Shown in pieces: positions 12,240 to 24,600 of a stretch of 48,355 nucleotides of DNA. Position numbers and translations under genes: made by a program. Below the pieces are notes generated by a model. The model worked only from the letters and a program-made list of their open reading frames with translations. It was not told the DNA's origin and did no database searches. Origin of the DNA: Octopus sinensis (taxonomy: Eukaryota); assembly GCF_006345805.1 (NCBI RefSeq), contig NW_021834454.1, positions 1-48,355 of the forward strand, in the 5' to 3' direction. Position 1 is the first letter of the stretch. Each line of letters begins with the position of its first letter.

Positions 12240-12294
<55 letters not shown>

Positions 12295-12295
12295 G

Positions 12296-12348
<53 letters not shown>

Positions 12349-12385
12349 TGTATGTATGTATGTATGTATATGTATATATGGAATA
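11868..12385. repeat. (TA)n/(TACA)n/(TATG)n microsatellites
   Basis: Direct reading. Confidence 0.9.
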
Positions 12386-12878
12386 CATTTCCCTGAAAAA
12401 ATATTGTAAAAATATTAAAAATATTTGCAGAGAATGAAGTTTAGAGATTGAAAGGTAAAAGCTTTCCTTCTGCCTCCCGAAAATGTATATTCAGATAAAT
12501 ATCTCTATACGTAGATATATAGAAATAAGCATATTATGAATTCCTAGACAGAATATGTATGTTGGAAATGGAGCAGAAGTGGACAAAATCCAAAATTGAG
12601 GGAGAGATAGAGAGACAGACAGAGAGATAGCGAGAAAGAGAATGAGGGAGAGTGTGTGTGAGAGAGAAAGAGAGAGACATATATATATATAGAGAGAAAG
12701 GGAATTAGAGAGTGAGAAAGAAATAATCAAGGCAATATAGAGCGTCGTAAAATTTGCTAAAATAAGGATTCTAGCCTGATGGACAATCAACAGGTTTTTG
12801 AAAAAGAAAAGGAAAGAAAGGCAGGTTACTGTTAACGAGAGTGTACAGAAATAGAAAGAAAGTTAGCAGATAAACTTA

Positions 12879-12926
<48 letters not shown>

Positions 12927-13099
12927 ATATATTATATGTCCATGCATATGCATTCACATCAACATATACACCTGCATTATATAATATACATATATATATA
13001 TATATATACACACAGATAACACACACATGTAGTATATGTTTATATATACACACATACCTACACATATATGCGCAAACATGAATAGACACACACACAATT

Positions 13100-13127
13100 T
13101 TTCTTCTTCTTTTTCTTCTTCTTCTTC

Positions 13128-13193
<66 letters not shown>

Positions 13194-13201
13194 TATCATC
13201 A

Positions 13202-13234
<33 letters not shown>

Positions 13235-13472
13235 GTAGTAGTAGTAGTAGTAGTAGTAAGGCGGTGTTTTGGTAGATACGTCAGTGCACTGGATGGTATG
13301 TTTAGCGGTATTTCGCCCGTCGCTACGTTCTGAGTTCAAATTCATCCGAGGTAGACTTTGTCTTTCATCCTTTCGGTGTCGATAAATTAAGCACAAGTGA
13401 AACGCTGGGTAGATGTAATGAACTAATCCCCTCCCACACATGATTTCAGCCCTTGTGCCTATAATAGAAAGG

Positions 13473-13517
<45 letters not shown>

Positions 13518-13547
13518 GTTGTTGTTGTTATTAGTTATTATTATTAC

Positions 13548-13587
<40 letters not shown>

Positions 13588-13641
13588 TGTATTATTATTA
13601 TTATTATTATTTTTATTATCATTATTATTATTATCATTATT

Positions 13642-13675
<34 letters not shown>

Positions 13676-13690
13676 TATTATTATTATTAC
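13100..13690. repeat. Compound trinucleotide repeats (TTC)(TTA)(ATC)(GTA)(TTG) flanking a SINE
   Basis: Direct reading. Confidence 0.95.
13258..13472 (+). mobile_element. SINE family B with (ATT)n tail
   Basis: AAGGCGG head, GAGTTCAAATTC B box, CTTTCATCCTTTCGGTGTCGATAAATTAAG core. Confidence 0.88.
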
Positions 13691-13782
13691 TGAAATCTAC
13701 CCTCGCTTTCTTCTGAAACATATGAATATTGATTTCTAACTCCAGGTTATTAGTATCACTATGCGTAAGCGAAATATTAATT

Positions 13783-13835
<53 letters not shown>

Positions 13836-14401
13836 ACAGAGGGGCAAACCGTTTGATTATACATGTGTGTGATGCACACGTTCGTAAGTGCTAGTTTATG
13901 TTTCGGCTTGCTTGCTTTCCTCAGACCGTCCATTTTAAACTCACTGCCAATAACGTTCGAGTGAAAGTTAATAAACACATACTATATTAAAAAGTATTGA
14001 GTAATCCACAAATTTAATATTATATTAAATTTCTACGTATATCTAAGCATGAGAACATATATAGGCGTACGGTGCCCAACACGTGCAGATTGATCACACT
14101 GTGCATCGTCCTGCTATGCATAGAAGGTAAATCTCTCTCACATCAAACACTTCCTCTTGTAAAACAGGAATATACATTGCAGAATATAAGTCCATTATAA
14201 AAATCGTTTGCATCGCTTACACGTGTGGTTATTTAAGTCTGAAATAACCTGAAAATATATACACTGATCTCACTGTTTACTCACTTTAAAAAGGCCTCAC
14301 ATACAAAACAAAAAATAATTGAATAATGCGCTATGTTTAATATACAATGTTTACAGTTGTACACATTGAAAGACACACACGCACAAACACACATCACACA
14401 A

Positions 14402-14443
<42 letters not shown>

Positions 14444-14624
14444 GAGAGTAAGCACATAACTACGAAACAAGGTAGTGAAGAAAGTAGTACTCGAATACCA
14501 ATGGTATGATAATATACTTAAAAAGCAGCAACAATATGACGAAAACTGTTACTCAGAGTTTCACGGTTCGGCGAACGGGAACGTAAAACTCTGAGTAACA
14601 ATTTTTGTGGTATTTTTGCTGCTT

Positions 14625-14627
<3 letters not shown>
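14444..14627. mobile_element. Fold-back cassette between two (TA)n tracts, arms ~14522-14565 / 14582-14625
   Basis: AAAGCAGCAA...TGTTACTCAGAGTTT pairs with AAACTCTGAGTAACA...TTGCTGCTTT. Confidence 0.7.
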
Positions 14628-14669
<42 letters not shown>

Positions 14670-14674
<5 letters not shown>

Positions 14675-14870
14675 ATACAGACATGAACAAAGAGAAAACA
14701 CAACGCGAGGACGTGGAACAAGTATAGTGCTATTGGACGCTTAGGAAAGGAAAGAAAGAAGGAGGATTTAACGATTTGAGTGGAGCTCTTCGTCAGAAAT
14801 ATTGAAAAAGGAAAGGTCCAAGGAAGGGAAGACGGAGAAAGAAAATCGCTAACGATACACACGCGGTCGT
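14670..14870 (-). mobile_element. PLE-type 3'-end cassette with decayed hammerhead (14767-14799)
   Basis: Minus strand TTT-CTGACGA-A-GAGC-TCC-ACTC-AAATC-GTT-AAA. The GAAAC box is mutated. Ends at (TA)n. Confidence 0.5.
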
Positions 14871-14889
14871 GTGTATGTGTGTGTGCATG

Positions 14890-15026
14890 TGTGGGGCTCC
14901 GTGGTAACAAGTTTGTTTCCCACCGACATGGTTCGTGGTTCAGTCTCACTGCGTGGCAGTTAGGGCTAGTGTCTTCTACTCTCGGGCTGAATGGTAGACA
15001 GAAATGAAAGAAGCCCGTCGTATATA
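14890..15026 (+). mobile_element. SINE family C, 5' half
   Basis: GGTTCAGTCTCACTGCGTGGCAG...GAAAGAAGCCCGTCGTATATA. Confidence 0.8.
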
Positions 15027-15029
15027 TTA

Positions 15030-15805
15030 TATTGCATTACAAATGTATTACCTTCCAGTAAAATAAAGCACCCTAAATGTAGAAGTATAAATATAGAGTA
15101 GTGGTACAACAAGGCTGCGACATTTACTGGAAATAGCAGTCAATACATTTACGACGTTATAGTAAAGCGTCACTGCGTATATACTGGCAAAGACGTGTCA
15201 GAGCAGCAAACATGAAGAATTTTGCCTTACCTCTCGGAAAAATATTAGGTAGATGAACAACCCAGAATCGGATTATCTAGAATCTAGGTTTTGGACTCTT
15301 CAAATACGTTTGTTAACGTAAATTTGATTGGTTTCCATCAGCTGGATTTACCTGTACAATATTTCAAATGTTGCTACATCTACACCAGCATACTCGCCTG
15401 AACACGTAGCCGTTAACAGAGCGAGAACATTGAAAAAGTTTTCAATGAAATATAAAATATTGCAATACAAATGTATTACTTTCCAGTAAAATAAAGCAGT
15501 TTTCTCGGTATGTTAATGGCTAAGCATTCAGGTGAGTATACTGCCATTGACGTAGTAACATTTGAAGAATGATCAATTTCAGGTTTACAAGCGTATTTGA
15601 AGAGTCCGAAACCTAGGTACTGGATTATCCGATTCTGGGTTGTCCTTTCATCTAATGTTCTTCCTAGAGGTAAAAGAAAATATTTCATGTTTGCTACACT
15701 CACACGTCTTTGCCAGTATATTCTCAGTGAAGCATTACTATAGTGTCGTAAATGTATGAACTGCTATTTCCTGTAAATATCGGTACCCTGTTCTACCACT
15801 ACTCT
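15030..15805. mobile_element. Large fold-back element: arms ~15095-15428 / 15499-15805 plus a 41-bp direct repeat (15030-15070, 15458-15498)
   Basis: For example ATACTGGCAAAGACGTGT / ACACGTCTTTGCCAGTAT and ACAACCCAGAATCGGAT / ATCCGATTCTGGGTTGT. Confidence 0.8.
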
Positions 15806-15879
15806 CTCTCTCTCCCCCATCTCTCTCTCTCTCTCTCTCTCTCTCAGTCTCTCTCTCTCTCTCTCAGTCTCTCTCTCTA

Positions 15880-16066
15880 TATATACGAAAATAAACAAAA
15901 GACGAAGGCAGATGGAGTACAATCAAACAATTGTATTTGTATAGCGCTCAGGAATAGAAATAAAAAAAGTCTTTTATGTTTCGAGCCTACGCTCTTCGAC
16001 AGAAAGATACACAGAAAAAAAACAAGGAGAGAAACAAGGAGAGAAAAATGCGTGTAGGAGCTAACT
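15880..16066 (-). mobile_element. PLE-type 3'-end cassette, same family as 7945-8256
   Basis: Homology by eye. Contains the motif at 15971-16006. Confidence 0.65.
15971..16006 (-). ncRNA. Variant minimal hammerhead motif (CUGUCGA core)
   Basis: CTTT-CTGTCGA-A-GAGC-GTAG-GCTC-GAAAC-ATA-AAAG. Confidence 0.55.
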
Positions 16067-16067
16067 G

Positions 16068-16335
16068 AGTGTGTGTGTGTATGTGTGTGTGTGTGTGCGT
16101 ATGCATGTGCTGTCTGTGCTTGTCCCAACCAACATCACTTGACAACCAATGCTAGTGTATTGCTAACCAAGTAACTTTGCGGTTCGGCAAAAGAAACTGA
16201 TGAAATGAGTACTTGTCTTACAAACAATAAGTCCTGATGTCAATCTCTCGGATTGAAAAAAAACAAAAAACTTCAAGGTGGTGCTCCATCATGGCGGCTA
16301 ACAAATGACTGAAACAAATAAAAGAAGAAAAGAAC
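16068..16335 (+). mobile_element. SINE family C, 3' half
   Basis: CTTGACAACC...GCGGTTCGGCAAAAG...GGTGCTCCATCATGG...CAAATGACTGAAACAAATAAAAGA. Confidence 0.8.
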
Positions 16336-16729
16336 GAAAGAATATCGAACAGGCGTTTACACGACACATGTTTCCACCAACTGGCATATGCTTTCTGATG
16401 AGCAGAATACGGTGTGGCGAACAAATGAAGTAAGAAATAAGTAAACGTCATTTACAACCTCCGCCCCACCGCTCCCTCTCTCATCTCTCCCTTTCTCGCG
16501 AGTAAGCGCATATTTGCATACATATATGCATAAACACTGACAGACATATGCACAGACAGATAAACATTTCCTTAAATTGACGGCTATTTTTACATTATGA
16601 CATCGAAATGAAAACATGTAAAATCTCAAAGTTTATCAAAACACATATTGCAGAGTGTTAACAATCAGGTTTTGCCATTGTACTGGTACACCGGATGTAG
16701 CATCATATGTACGAATATTATGTGTATGT

Positions 16730-16865
16730 ATGTATGTGTATATATATATACACATGCATATACATATATATATATATATATGCTTATACTTAAATGTATG
16801 TGTGAGTATACGCATTTATAGATACAAACGCACGCAGACACAGACAGACAGATACACGCACAAAC

Positions 16866-16949
<84 letters not shown>

Positions 16950-17000
16950 CATATATATACATATATAGATAAATAGATAGATAGATATAGATAATTGGCA
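16730..17000. repeat. (TA)n-rich microsatellite cluster
   Basis: Direct reading. Confidence 0.9.
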
Positions 17001-17429
17001 AGATAGTTAAAGATATGGATATGTATACAGAGTTGCGTATGTATATATGTATGTATGCATTTGTGTATGTATGTATATGTGGGGGATGGGGTGAGCGCGT
17101 GTGTGTGTTTCTTTTTTCTATTTGTTTAGGCTGGTGCAATAATATCATTATTAGAAAATGGCGGGTTCCCCCTATTTCAGCAAGTCTCCTTTGTTGTTAG
17201 TGTAAATGCCATAGTTTCATAGTTGTAACAAATTACTACTTTTCATTCGACGCATTATGACATGGATTACTTTAAGGCTGGCAATCAGCCACTAGTATCA
17301 CATATGTATGGATGCTTACATTTTTGTTTGGAAGTTGATGTGGAGCATTTCAACCGCAAAAGAAACGACTGATTTTTCGTAACTGCCCCTTAACACTACA
17401 ATTTGTTCTTTATATCCTGAATGGGTGAA

Positions 17430-17830
17430 ATGAATGAGTGAAATAAACACCAGGAATATTCTGCCCCCAGCAGGTATCCCAGGATCACAAACGTTTCTCT
17501 CCTTAGCCAATACGCCTCAGCTGAGCGTGGACAGGGAAGACTGAACCAGTCTTCAGTTGCAGAAGGGTCCCGTTTGTAGTCAACTGTAGCCATCTTAAGC
17601 TAATTTCAGCTTCCGTGCCTACTTCCTTGGTGGCTTTCTTCACTTGTCTGAGTTACAGACCTATCTTCTGCAGGAAGTGGTGTACTGATGAAGATGGAAA
17701 GCCGTGGCAGCCTACTTCAGTGGGGAATGAGGCTGCATGCTGGCCTTTGGCAAGGGCCACATCGATTAAATCCTGATATTTCAAATATCTTTAATCGCAT
17801 AACTCTGAGGTGGTCACTTCATGAAACAAA
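17430..17830 (-). pseudogene. 3' relic of an RLE-bearing non-LTR retrotransposon (HERO/NeSL-like) with 3' UTR
   Basis: Minus strand: KYQDLIDVALAKGQHAASFPTEVGCHGFPSSSVHHFLQKIGL*LRQVKKATKEVGTEAEISLRWL, matching the K-Y...PVEVGCRGF...W-L end of the RLE domain. Confidence 0.75.
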
Positions 17831-19049
17831 AGCACAGGGAGGATAAAATGATTGCTAATATTTCCAAATTATCCTGTGAGCAAGGTTTGTGCTTACCAAT
17901 TTGTCCAATAAAGTTTGTTCTTTATAATTTGAGCATCATTGTATGTTGTATCGATTAGAATTCTACAATAATCTCCCTGATTGGATCTTCAATATAATGC
18001 AGGTTTTAATAATTTTCGCATCCTAGTTGTAGTCACTAAAGTAACACGAAAATAACATTCTTTTGAGGTTATTTAATTTTATGTTACAAATACATTTACA
18101 ATAGACACTGTAAATTTCCGAGCGGAATTGCTTAGCTATATTGAGAAGAAAGTAAGAGAGATGAATTTATTTTAAGGATCTCATGAGACTATATCAGGCA
18201 AGGCTTCACTCTTTGAGATCTTTATACTGAATCTAGAATAACCTGGTTTTCTGGAAGCTGCCCATGAAGATGTAGATTATTACAAGCGATCTTCTTTTCC
18301 TGTCAATGGATCTGCAGTATAAATATTCCAGCACCCTTCGTAATGGGCATAAAGCAGAAGATATGAATAAATCCAGTACAGCCAGAAATGCTATTGTTAT
18401 GCTGACCCCACCTTCGACAGTTTTATTTTCCCCCAAAATTAACAAGCGTGTCTTAACTGCAAAAATAGTTGATCTGTTTTCTATTTAAAAGAGTCAAACA
18501 TTAATCTCTAAAACCAGCTTTACTCTAAGTTCATTTTAAGAAAACGCTTTTCACAAACAATGAAAAACTGCAGTCAATGTAGTAATGGATAACTAGCAAT
18601 CTTATGAGTTACTCGATTTAAGCTATTGCTAAGATTGTCATAAGCCTGCGTGCAGGAATTCTTAATTCCAATGTATCGAAAATGTCATTGAATTGGCTTG
18701 GAACTCAATATAAAGGTATTCTTTTTTTACCTTTCATTATTTCAAATAAATGCTTGCGTATGTCTGACGTGATAAGGTACATTGAAATGTTCGATCTAAT
18801 TCATGTTCCTTTATAGCTTTTTAACTTGAAATTCTCAAACAGCACTTCCCTTATACGTTTACATTACATGGATCATTTAAGTGTCCCCTCCCTGAATTTA
18901 TACACAACTCTATAATAATTTGAAAATTATTATCATATCCTGCCACTTACCTCAATTTATCAAAATGTTTATTAAAACACTAAACAACTTTCTGATGATG
19001 ATATTGTTAAAGTCTCTCAACGTCCACTTCTATTTTTTCTTAGAGAGAC

Positions 19050-19560
19050 AAATACAAGTTACGATTATAAGAAAAAAGAGAAGACAGAGGTACAGAACGT
19101 AATGTTATCGACTCTACACAAACGATAAATCGGTACTGCTTTTCTTCCTAATATTGAATATCATGTGCGATCTATTTTCTATAAAGACTTCTATAGCGAA
19201 CTGGATATAAAAGCAGCAAACTATGAAACCCCCCCCCCACTTCCACACTAACCATAATAGACACATTGCATTTCAAGCTGATTGACGCTTATTCTGCTTT
19301 ACGGGGTTACGTTTGGTGTGACTTGTGCCGTAAGCGCTTTTCAAAAAGTGATGGATGGTACAATTGCTGACAATGACATCAAAGGAGTTTACAACTATCT
19401 ACACAATGCTACTGTCATTAGCAAGACTACTGAGGAAGAGAATGAGAAATTGGCTAAAATTATTTCAGTTATAAAGTTTCTTAATATTGCACCGGAAAAT
19501 GACAAATGGCTTTTCCGCTAAATATCTATTTCTTATATACGTTACAAATAAAAATAGAAA
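19050..19560 (+). pseudogene. Ty3/Gypsy reverse-transcriptase relic
   Basis: Across frameshifts: VIDSTQTINRY, LPNIE...SELDIKAANYETP, IAFQAD, VTFGVTCAVSAFQKVMD...YLHN (decayed YLDN)...NDKWLF. Confidence 0.8.
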
Positions 19561-19767
19561 CACAAGTTCTTTGGGACACAACTTGAAAGCATGAGATTCT
19601 TCCCCGACAATGTGAAGCGTAGCAAGGCTACAACGAATATTAAAAAAAAAACAATTTGCTTGAGCCCTAGGTCACATAAAGCCGGATAAAAGTTTTCTAG
19701 GGCGATTTGGAAAGTTTTAAGCGACTGAAATCACAACAAATTCTATGAACAGTACACTTGACCGTTG

Positions 19768-19975
19768 TAAATTTCACGGCCAGCAATTTTGGGGGAAGAG
19801 ATAGGTCGATTACAGCTATCTCAGTTACTCGTCTGGTACTTTATTCTCAAGATAACGAAGAGATAAAAGGTAAAGAAGATATCGGTAAGATTCGAACCCA
19901 GAACGTAAAGAGCCGGAAGAAATGCCGCTAAGCATTTTGTGCGACGTGCTAACGATTCTGCCAGTTCGCCGCTTT
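19768..19975 (-). mobile_element. SINE family B
   Basis: Minus-strand head GGCGAACTGGCAGAATCGTTAGCACG. Confidence 0.82.
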
Positions 19976-20333
19976 ACAATGACTATTAAGTTTATTTACA
20001 GTTCCCTGAAAGAAAACAGAACCTTAGATACTGCTTACCTTAAAGCATCAATTGTTAATGCCTCACTCTCTCAACTATCTTAGTTCTACAATGTTGAACC
20101 TGGGGATTTCTGAGGACGAAATTTCAGATGTTCTTTCACAGTAATATGTCCGGCCATGAAAATGTACTTGAGAAATTAGATATTCGGTAAGGATTTATCC
20201 AGGATTAATGTTCGGTATTCATTATGCTTCTCTTTACAGAGGATCCATTAGGGAAGAGCAAAGCGGTATGTTAGTAACGTTTTGAACTCTTAATCTAAAT
20301 TTAAACATGTACATTGATCCAGCTCAGTTATTT

Positions 20334-20336
<3 letters not shown>

Positions 20337-20418
<82 letters not shown>

Positions 20419-20432
20419 TAAATATATATATA
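20337..20432. repeat. (CA)n/(TA)n microsatellite
   Basis: Direct reading. Confidence 0.95.
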
Positions 20433-20595
20433 TACGATGGGTTGCTTTCAGTTTCCGTCTACCAAATGCACTCACAAGGCCTTGATCGACCCGAGGCTAT
20501 AGTGGAAGACACTTGCTCAAGGTACCACGCAGTGGAACTGAACCCGGAGCCATGTGGTTGGTAAACAAGGTACTTACTTACCACACAGCCACTCT
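20433..20595 (-). mobile_element. SINE family C, 5' half
   Basis: Matches 4465-4622. Confidence 0.88.
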
Positions 20596-21909
20596 TAGGC
20601 CTATATATATATATGTGTATGTGTGTGTGTGTTTGTGTGTGTATATATTCAATTTCTGAAATATATTTATGAACTTTAGGTGATGATACCAATGTAATAT
20701 TGATAGAGACACTTGCTTTTGATGAGGATCCAAACGGGAATATTCTTCATATCATACGAAAATAACACTAAGTGGGGGTTCACCTCTTCAGGATCTATAA
20801 TGTACTCTGTGGCCGCCTGGCAAAATTTTAGTATACAGATTTTTGAGGTTTAATCATCGGTTCAGTGAAAAGTGAAAAAGTTCAAAATCAGAAATAGGAT
20901 ATCGGCGAACCTTCGAAAATGTGAGCATTAATGGATATTAGCGTACCAAATAAACTACAGAATAATTTCATTCTCTAATACTTTAGTTCTTTCTATACTT
21001 CTCCAATTGAATACATTTATCTTTTTATGTTGAATATAGACATATACAGATACATAGATTATGTCTACTATAAAGCGATGAATATATTTGAAATTAAATT
21101 TTAGAATAATCTCGTTGGAAAACAGTAAATCAATAGATTTTAAAACGAAATACTTATAAAAATAAGATCGTATTTTTAATTTAAGAATAGCAAACCATTG
21201 ATATAAATAAACGATTTAAGAATATATTATTCTTCATGTCTAGCAATAAGAATAGTTTTGAAATGCCCAAACAGTAGCATACGCATATATATCAATGCAC
21301 GAGCCACAGTTATTTATTATTGATTTTTCTGCTTTTAAATATGCCCTTTCGAATTCTCCCTACAACTATCTGATGCACTACACATCCATTTCGATTTGTT
21401 TTTTGGCAAGACATAAATTTCAGCAGAACTGACAAATTCCTCCTGTGATTTTGAACATAATAGTTGAATACAGTTCAAAATAACGCCATATCTATATTCA
21501 AATGAAAATATTCCATAATAATGCCCGCATTAACGAAAGAAAAACACGATACAATATAAAAGAATTCCATAATTAATTCGGCACGCTAATCTTCAATATT
21601 CCCCAAACTGTAACCAAATTCAACCATACAAATGATATAGAATTAAGAAACATAAATATCAGTGCTTTTATTCATTTAATTTTAATGTTCTGAAAATTTT
21701 AAGTATTTTTATAAATTTATCACTACATCTTGCATTAATAATTAGTAAATGGTTTCTTTAATCTCTTGGAAACTGATGACAGTTCAGAAGAATGGAAAAG
21801 TTTGTTTGCTGTGCGAAGTGAAGAACATAAAGTTTCAGCGCTTTTGTAGATGGAATGACAGAGAAGAAATAAGAGAGAAATTGAGGTAGAAGGCTAATCG
21901 CCTCTCTTT

Positions 21910-22300
21910 TATTATACCAGGCGCCGACATTACCATGTGAAGAAATCCACTTCGCAACGATGTCCTCTCAGGTTCAGTCTGAGCGTATATAAGTCGTCAC
22001 ATATTGAATATCATTTTGAAACTTCACTATTTTTTTCATTCTTATTATGAACGTCTCCTTCTCTGCTTTAATTTTTATTTCTTCTAAATTGAGAGGTAGT
22101 TCATGTACTACGTTGCAGAATATATTTTCTATTTCGATTTCGGCTTTTAATACCGCTATTACCGTGTCCCCTAACGGTTCATTGTAATTAGGAATCAATC
22201 TTGACAGCTCAACCACGTTTAGCAGGATCGTCCTCCAGCGCTGCAATCGGTTGGCTGTGTGTTTGGCGATGCCCTTTTTTAGATCCATAAATGGATAACA
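21910..22300 (-). pseudogene. Ty3/Gypsy pol relic (RNase H C-terminus and linker toward integrase)
   Basis: KKGIAKHTANRLQRWRTILLN...LSRLIP...DTVIA, matching the RLQRWAxxL / ADxLSR motifs with an internal deletion. Confidence 0.8.
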
Positions 22301-22549
22301 ATGGTCACACACATAAATATATACATATATATATATATACACTCATATATATGATTACATACATATACATAAACACTCACACACACACACACGCACAATG
22401 CATGATGGTGTGTGATGTGTGTGGCTGCTCATATAGTGGTATCTGTGGTAACGCTATTGAAGATTGTGTGTTGGTGTGTTGATGATGGTGTGGTGTGGTT
22501 GCTGGGAAGTGGTCAGTGCTAGTGTGTGTGGAGTGGTGTGAACTTGGCA

Positions 22550-22990
22550 TCAAATGAAGAGAGGAGGTAAGGTTGGTGTCAGGTGAAGAAGACAGTTGAG
22601 CTCATGTTGCGCAAAGGAGCGAAGAAAGAAAATTAAATCCGGATGGACCTTGTGCAAAGACAGTCTATACACAGAGAGATGTTGTAGCCAATGACCAGTA
22701 GAACGGAAATGGTGTGAGACCGCAGTGTCATTGCCGAGTCTGATGGCTCGGAGGTGCTCCGTGAAGCGGTCAGCTTAGCGGCGTCCCGTGTGGCCGATGT
22801 ACAGGAAAGGACAGAGAGAGCAGGAGATGCAGTAAGTGACGTTACTAGAAGTGCAGGTAAAGGAGTCGGTGAAATGATAGGGACGATGATGGGTGTCTAT
22901 GAGGATGGAGGCGTTGGAGAGATAGGGGCATGTGCGACAGGGTGGGCGGGAGCAGGGGAAATACCCAGGCTGCGAGGTGGGGTTAGGGAA
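22550..22990 (-). pseudogene. Penelope-like element GIY-YIG endonuclease relic with Cys-rich linker (Neptune-type)
   Basis: PCSRPPCRTCPYL...FTCTSSNVTYCISCSLCPFLYIGHTGRR*ADRFTEHLRAIR...VSHHF...H...LIFFLRSFAQHELN. One in-frame stop at 22775. Confidence 0.9.
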
Positions 22991-23164
22991 TATATAAAGA
23001 ATATGAGTGGTGTAGTTCACTTGTGATCTAAACGATATATAAATATATAAATAAAAATGTTTGTCAAACATATATATATGTGTGTGTGTGTGCGTGTGTG
23101 TATGTGTGTGAGTGTGTGTGTGTGTGTCTCTGTGTGTGTGTGTGTGTGTGTGTGTTTGTCTGCA

Positions 23165-23296
23165 AAATACACTCAGAAGACATCAGTTGGCTCGGAGTAA
23201 AGTAAAACACACATGCCCAAGGTGCTGCGCATGCGGGATGAACCGAAAACGACGTGGTTACAAAGTGGTCTTCTAAACCACACAGCCACGCCTGTA
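23165..23296 (-). mobile_element. SINE family C, degraded 5' part
   Basis: CCCAAGGTGCTGCGC...GAACC...CCACACAGCCACGCCT. Confidence 0.7.
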
Positions 23297-23387
23297 CCTA
23301 TAAACTGAATTTGCAGGATCCTTGCGTGACCATGACATTTAAATTCCGCGAAGTGTACAGGATATGTTATAATATATGATGCAATGT

Positions 23388-23760
23388 AAGGCGGCGTGCT
23401 GGCAGAAACGTTAGCACGCCGGGCGAAATGCTTAGCAGTATTTCGTCTTCCGTTACGTTCTGAGTTCAAATTCCGCCGAGTTGGACTTTGCCTTTCATCC
23501 TTTCGGGGTCGATTAAATAAGTACCAGTTACGCACTGGGGTCGATGTAATCGACTTAATCCATTTGTCTGTTCTTGTTTGTCCCCGCTGTGTTTAGCCGC
23601 TTGTCGGTAGTAAGAAATGGGTATTTCGCCTATCTTTACATTCTAGCTTCAAATTCCGCCGAGGTCGACTTCGCCATTAATGCTTTCGCGGTCGATAAAT
23701 TAAGCACCAGTCGTTAATCGACTGGTACCCAACCCCCAAAATTTCAGGCCTTAGAAAAGA
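23388..23760 (+). mobile_element. SINE family B with internal partial duplication
   Basis: Head AAGGCGGCGTGCTGGCAGAAACGTTAGCACG. The body restarts at ~23620 (GGTATTTCG). Confidence 0.9.
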
Positions 23761-23770
23761 GAATACATTT

Positions 23771-23963
23771 AAGGTGGCGAGCTGGCAGAAACGTTAGCAC
23801 GCCGCGCAAAATGCGTAGCCGTATTTCGTATGCCGTTACGTTCCGAGTTAAAAATCCGCCGAGGTCGACTTTGCCTTTCATTCAAGTAGCTTACTGGTGT
23901 CGATCTAATCGACTGTTCCCCTCCTCCAAAAGTTCGGGCCTTGTACCTAGAGCAGAAAAGATT
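23771..23963 (+). mobile_element. SINE family B
   Basis: Head AAGGTGGCGAGCTGGCAGAAACG. Confidence 0.88.
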
Positions 23964-24409
23964 ACAAGATACAATGTATGTTGCCTATAGACTGTGTGTA
24001 TATTAAGAATGTTGGACACGGCTACAATGCTTATGACCATGGGTCAGTCAGGCCTAATGCTGGGTTAATCTTTATTTTATGAACAATTTCATTTTCGTTG
24101 ACACACTGTAAATGTATACCGGGGGTTATCCCCTCTCGCACACGCAGAACACACACGCACAAATCACATAAGCTTGCGCATAGACACACAGATACAGACA
24201 TGCAAGCGTTCATACGCATGTGTATATCGATGTGTATGTGTGAGTATATATATATATATAGGTGTGTGTGTATGTGCATTTATACACACACATACACAAG
24301 CACATGCATACGTATACAAAAGGATACAAATATTCTTCCATATACATTCACGCACACAAAATACACAGTAGACATATCTGCGTGTATATATCTATGTATA
24401 TCTAAGTAA

Positions 24410-24482
24410 AGATACATATATATATATATACGTATATATATATATATGCATATATATATATACATATACGTATATATATATA

Positions 24483-24526
<44 letters not shown>

Positions 24527-24600
24527 TATATATTATATATAATATATATAGTTATATACATACATATATATGCATACATACATATATGTATATACACATT
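24410..24600. repeat. (TA)n microsatellite
   Basis: Direct reading. Confidence 0.95.

Noticed and set aside
15597-15619. Hammerhead-like TTGAAGA-GTCC-GAAAC-CTAG-GTA
   Set aside because: The palindromic stem III is suggestive, but stem II is 1 bp and no stem I pairing is visible. Worth rechecking only in the family consensus.
18230-19050. gag/protease upstream of the Gypsy RT relic
   Set aside because: The position is right, but the CCHC and D(S/T)G motifs are too decayed to call by eye.
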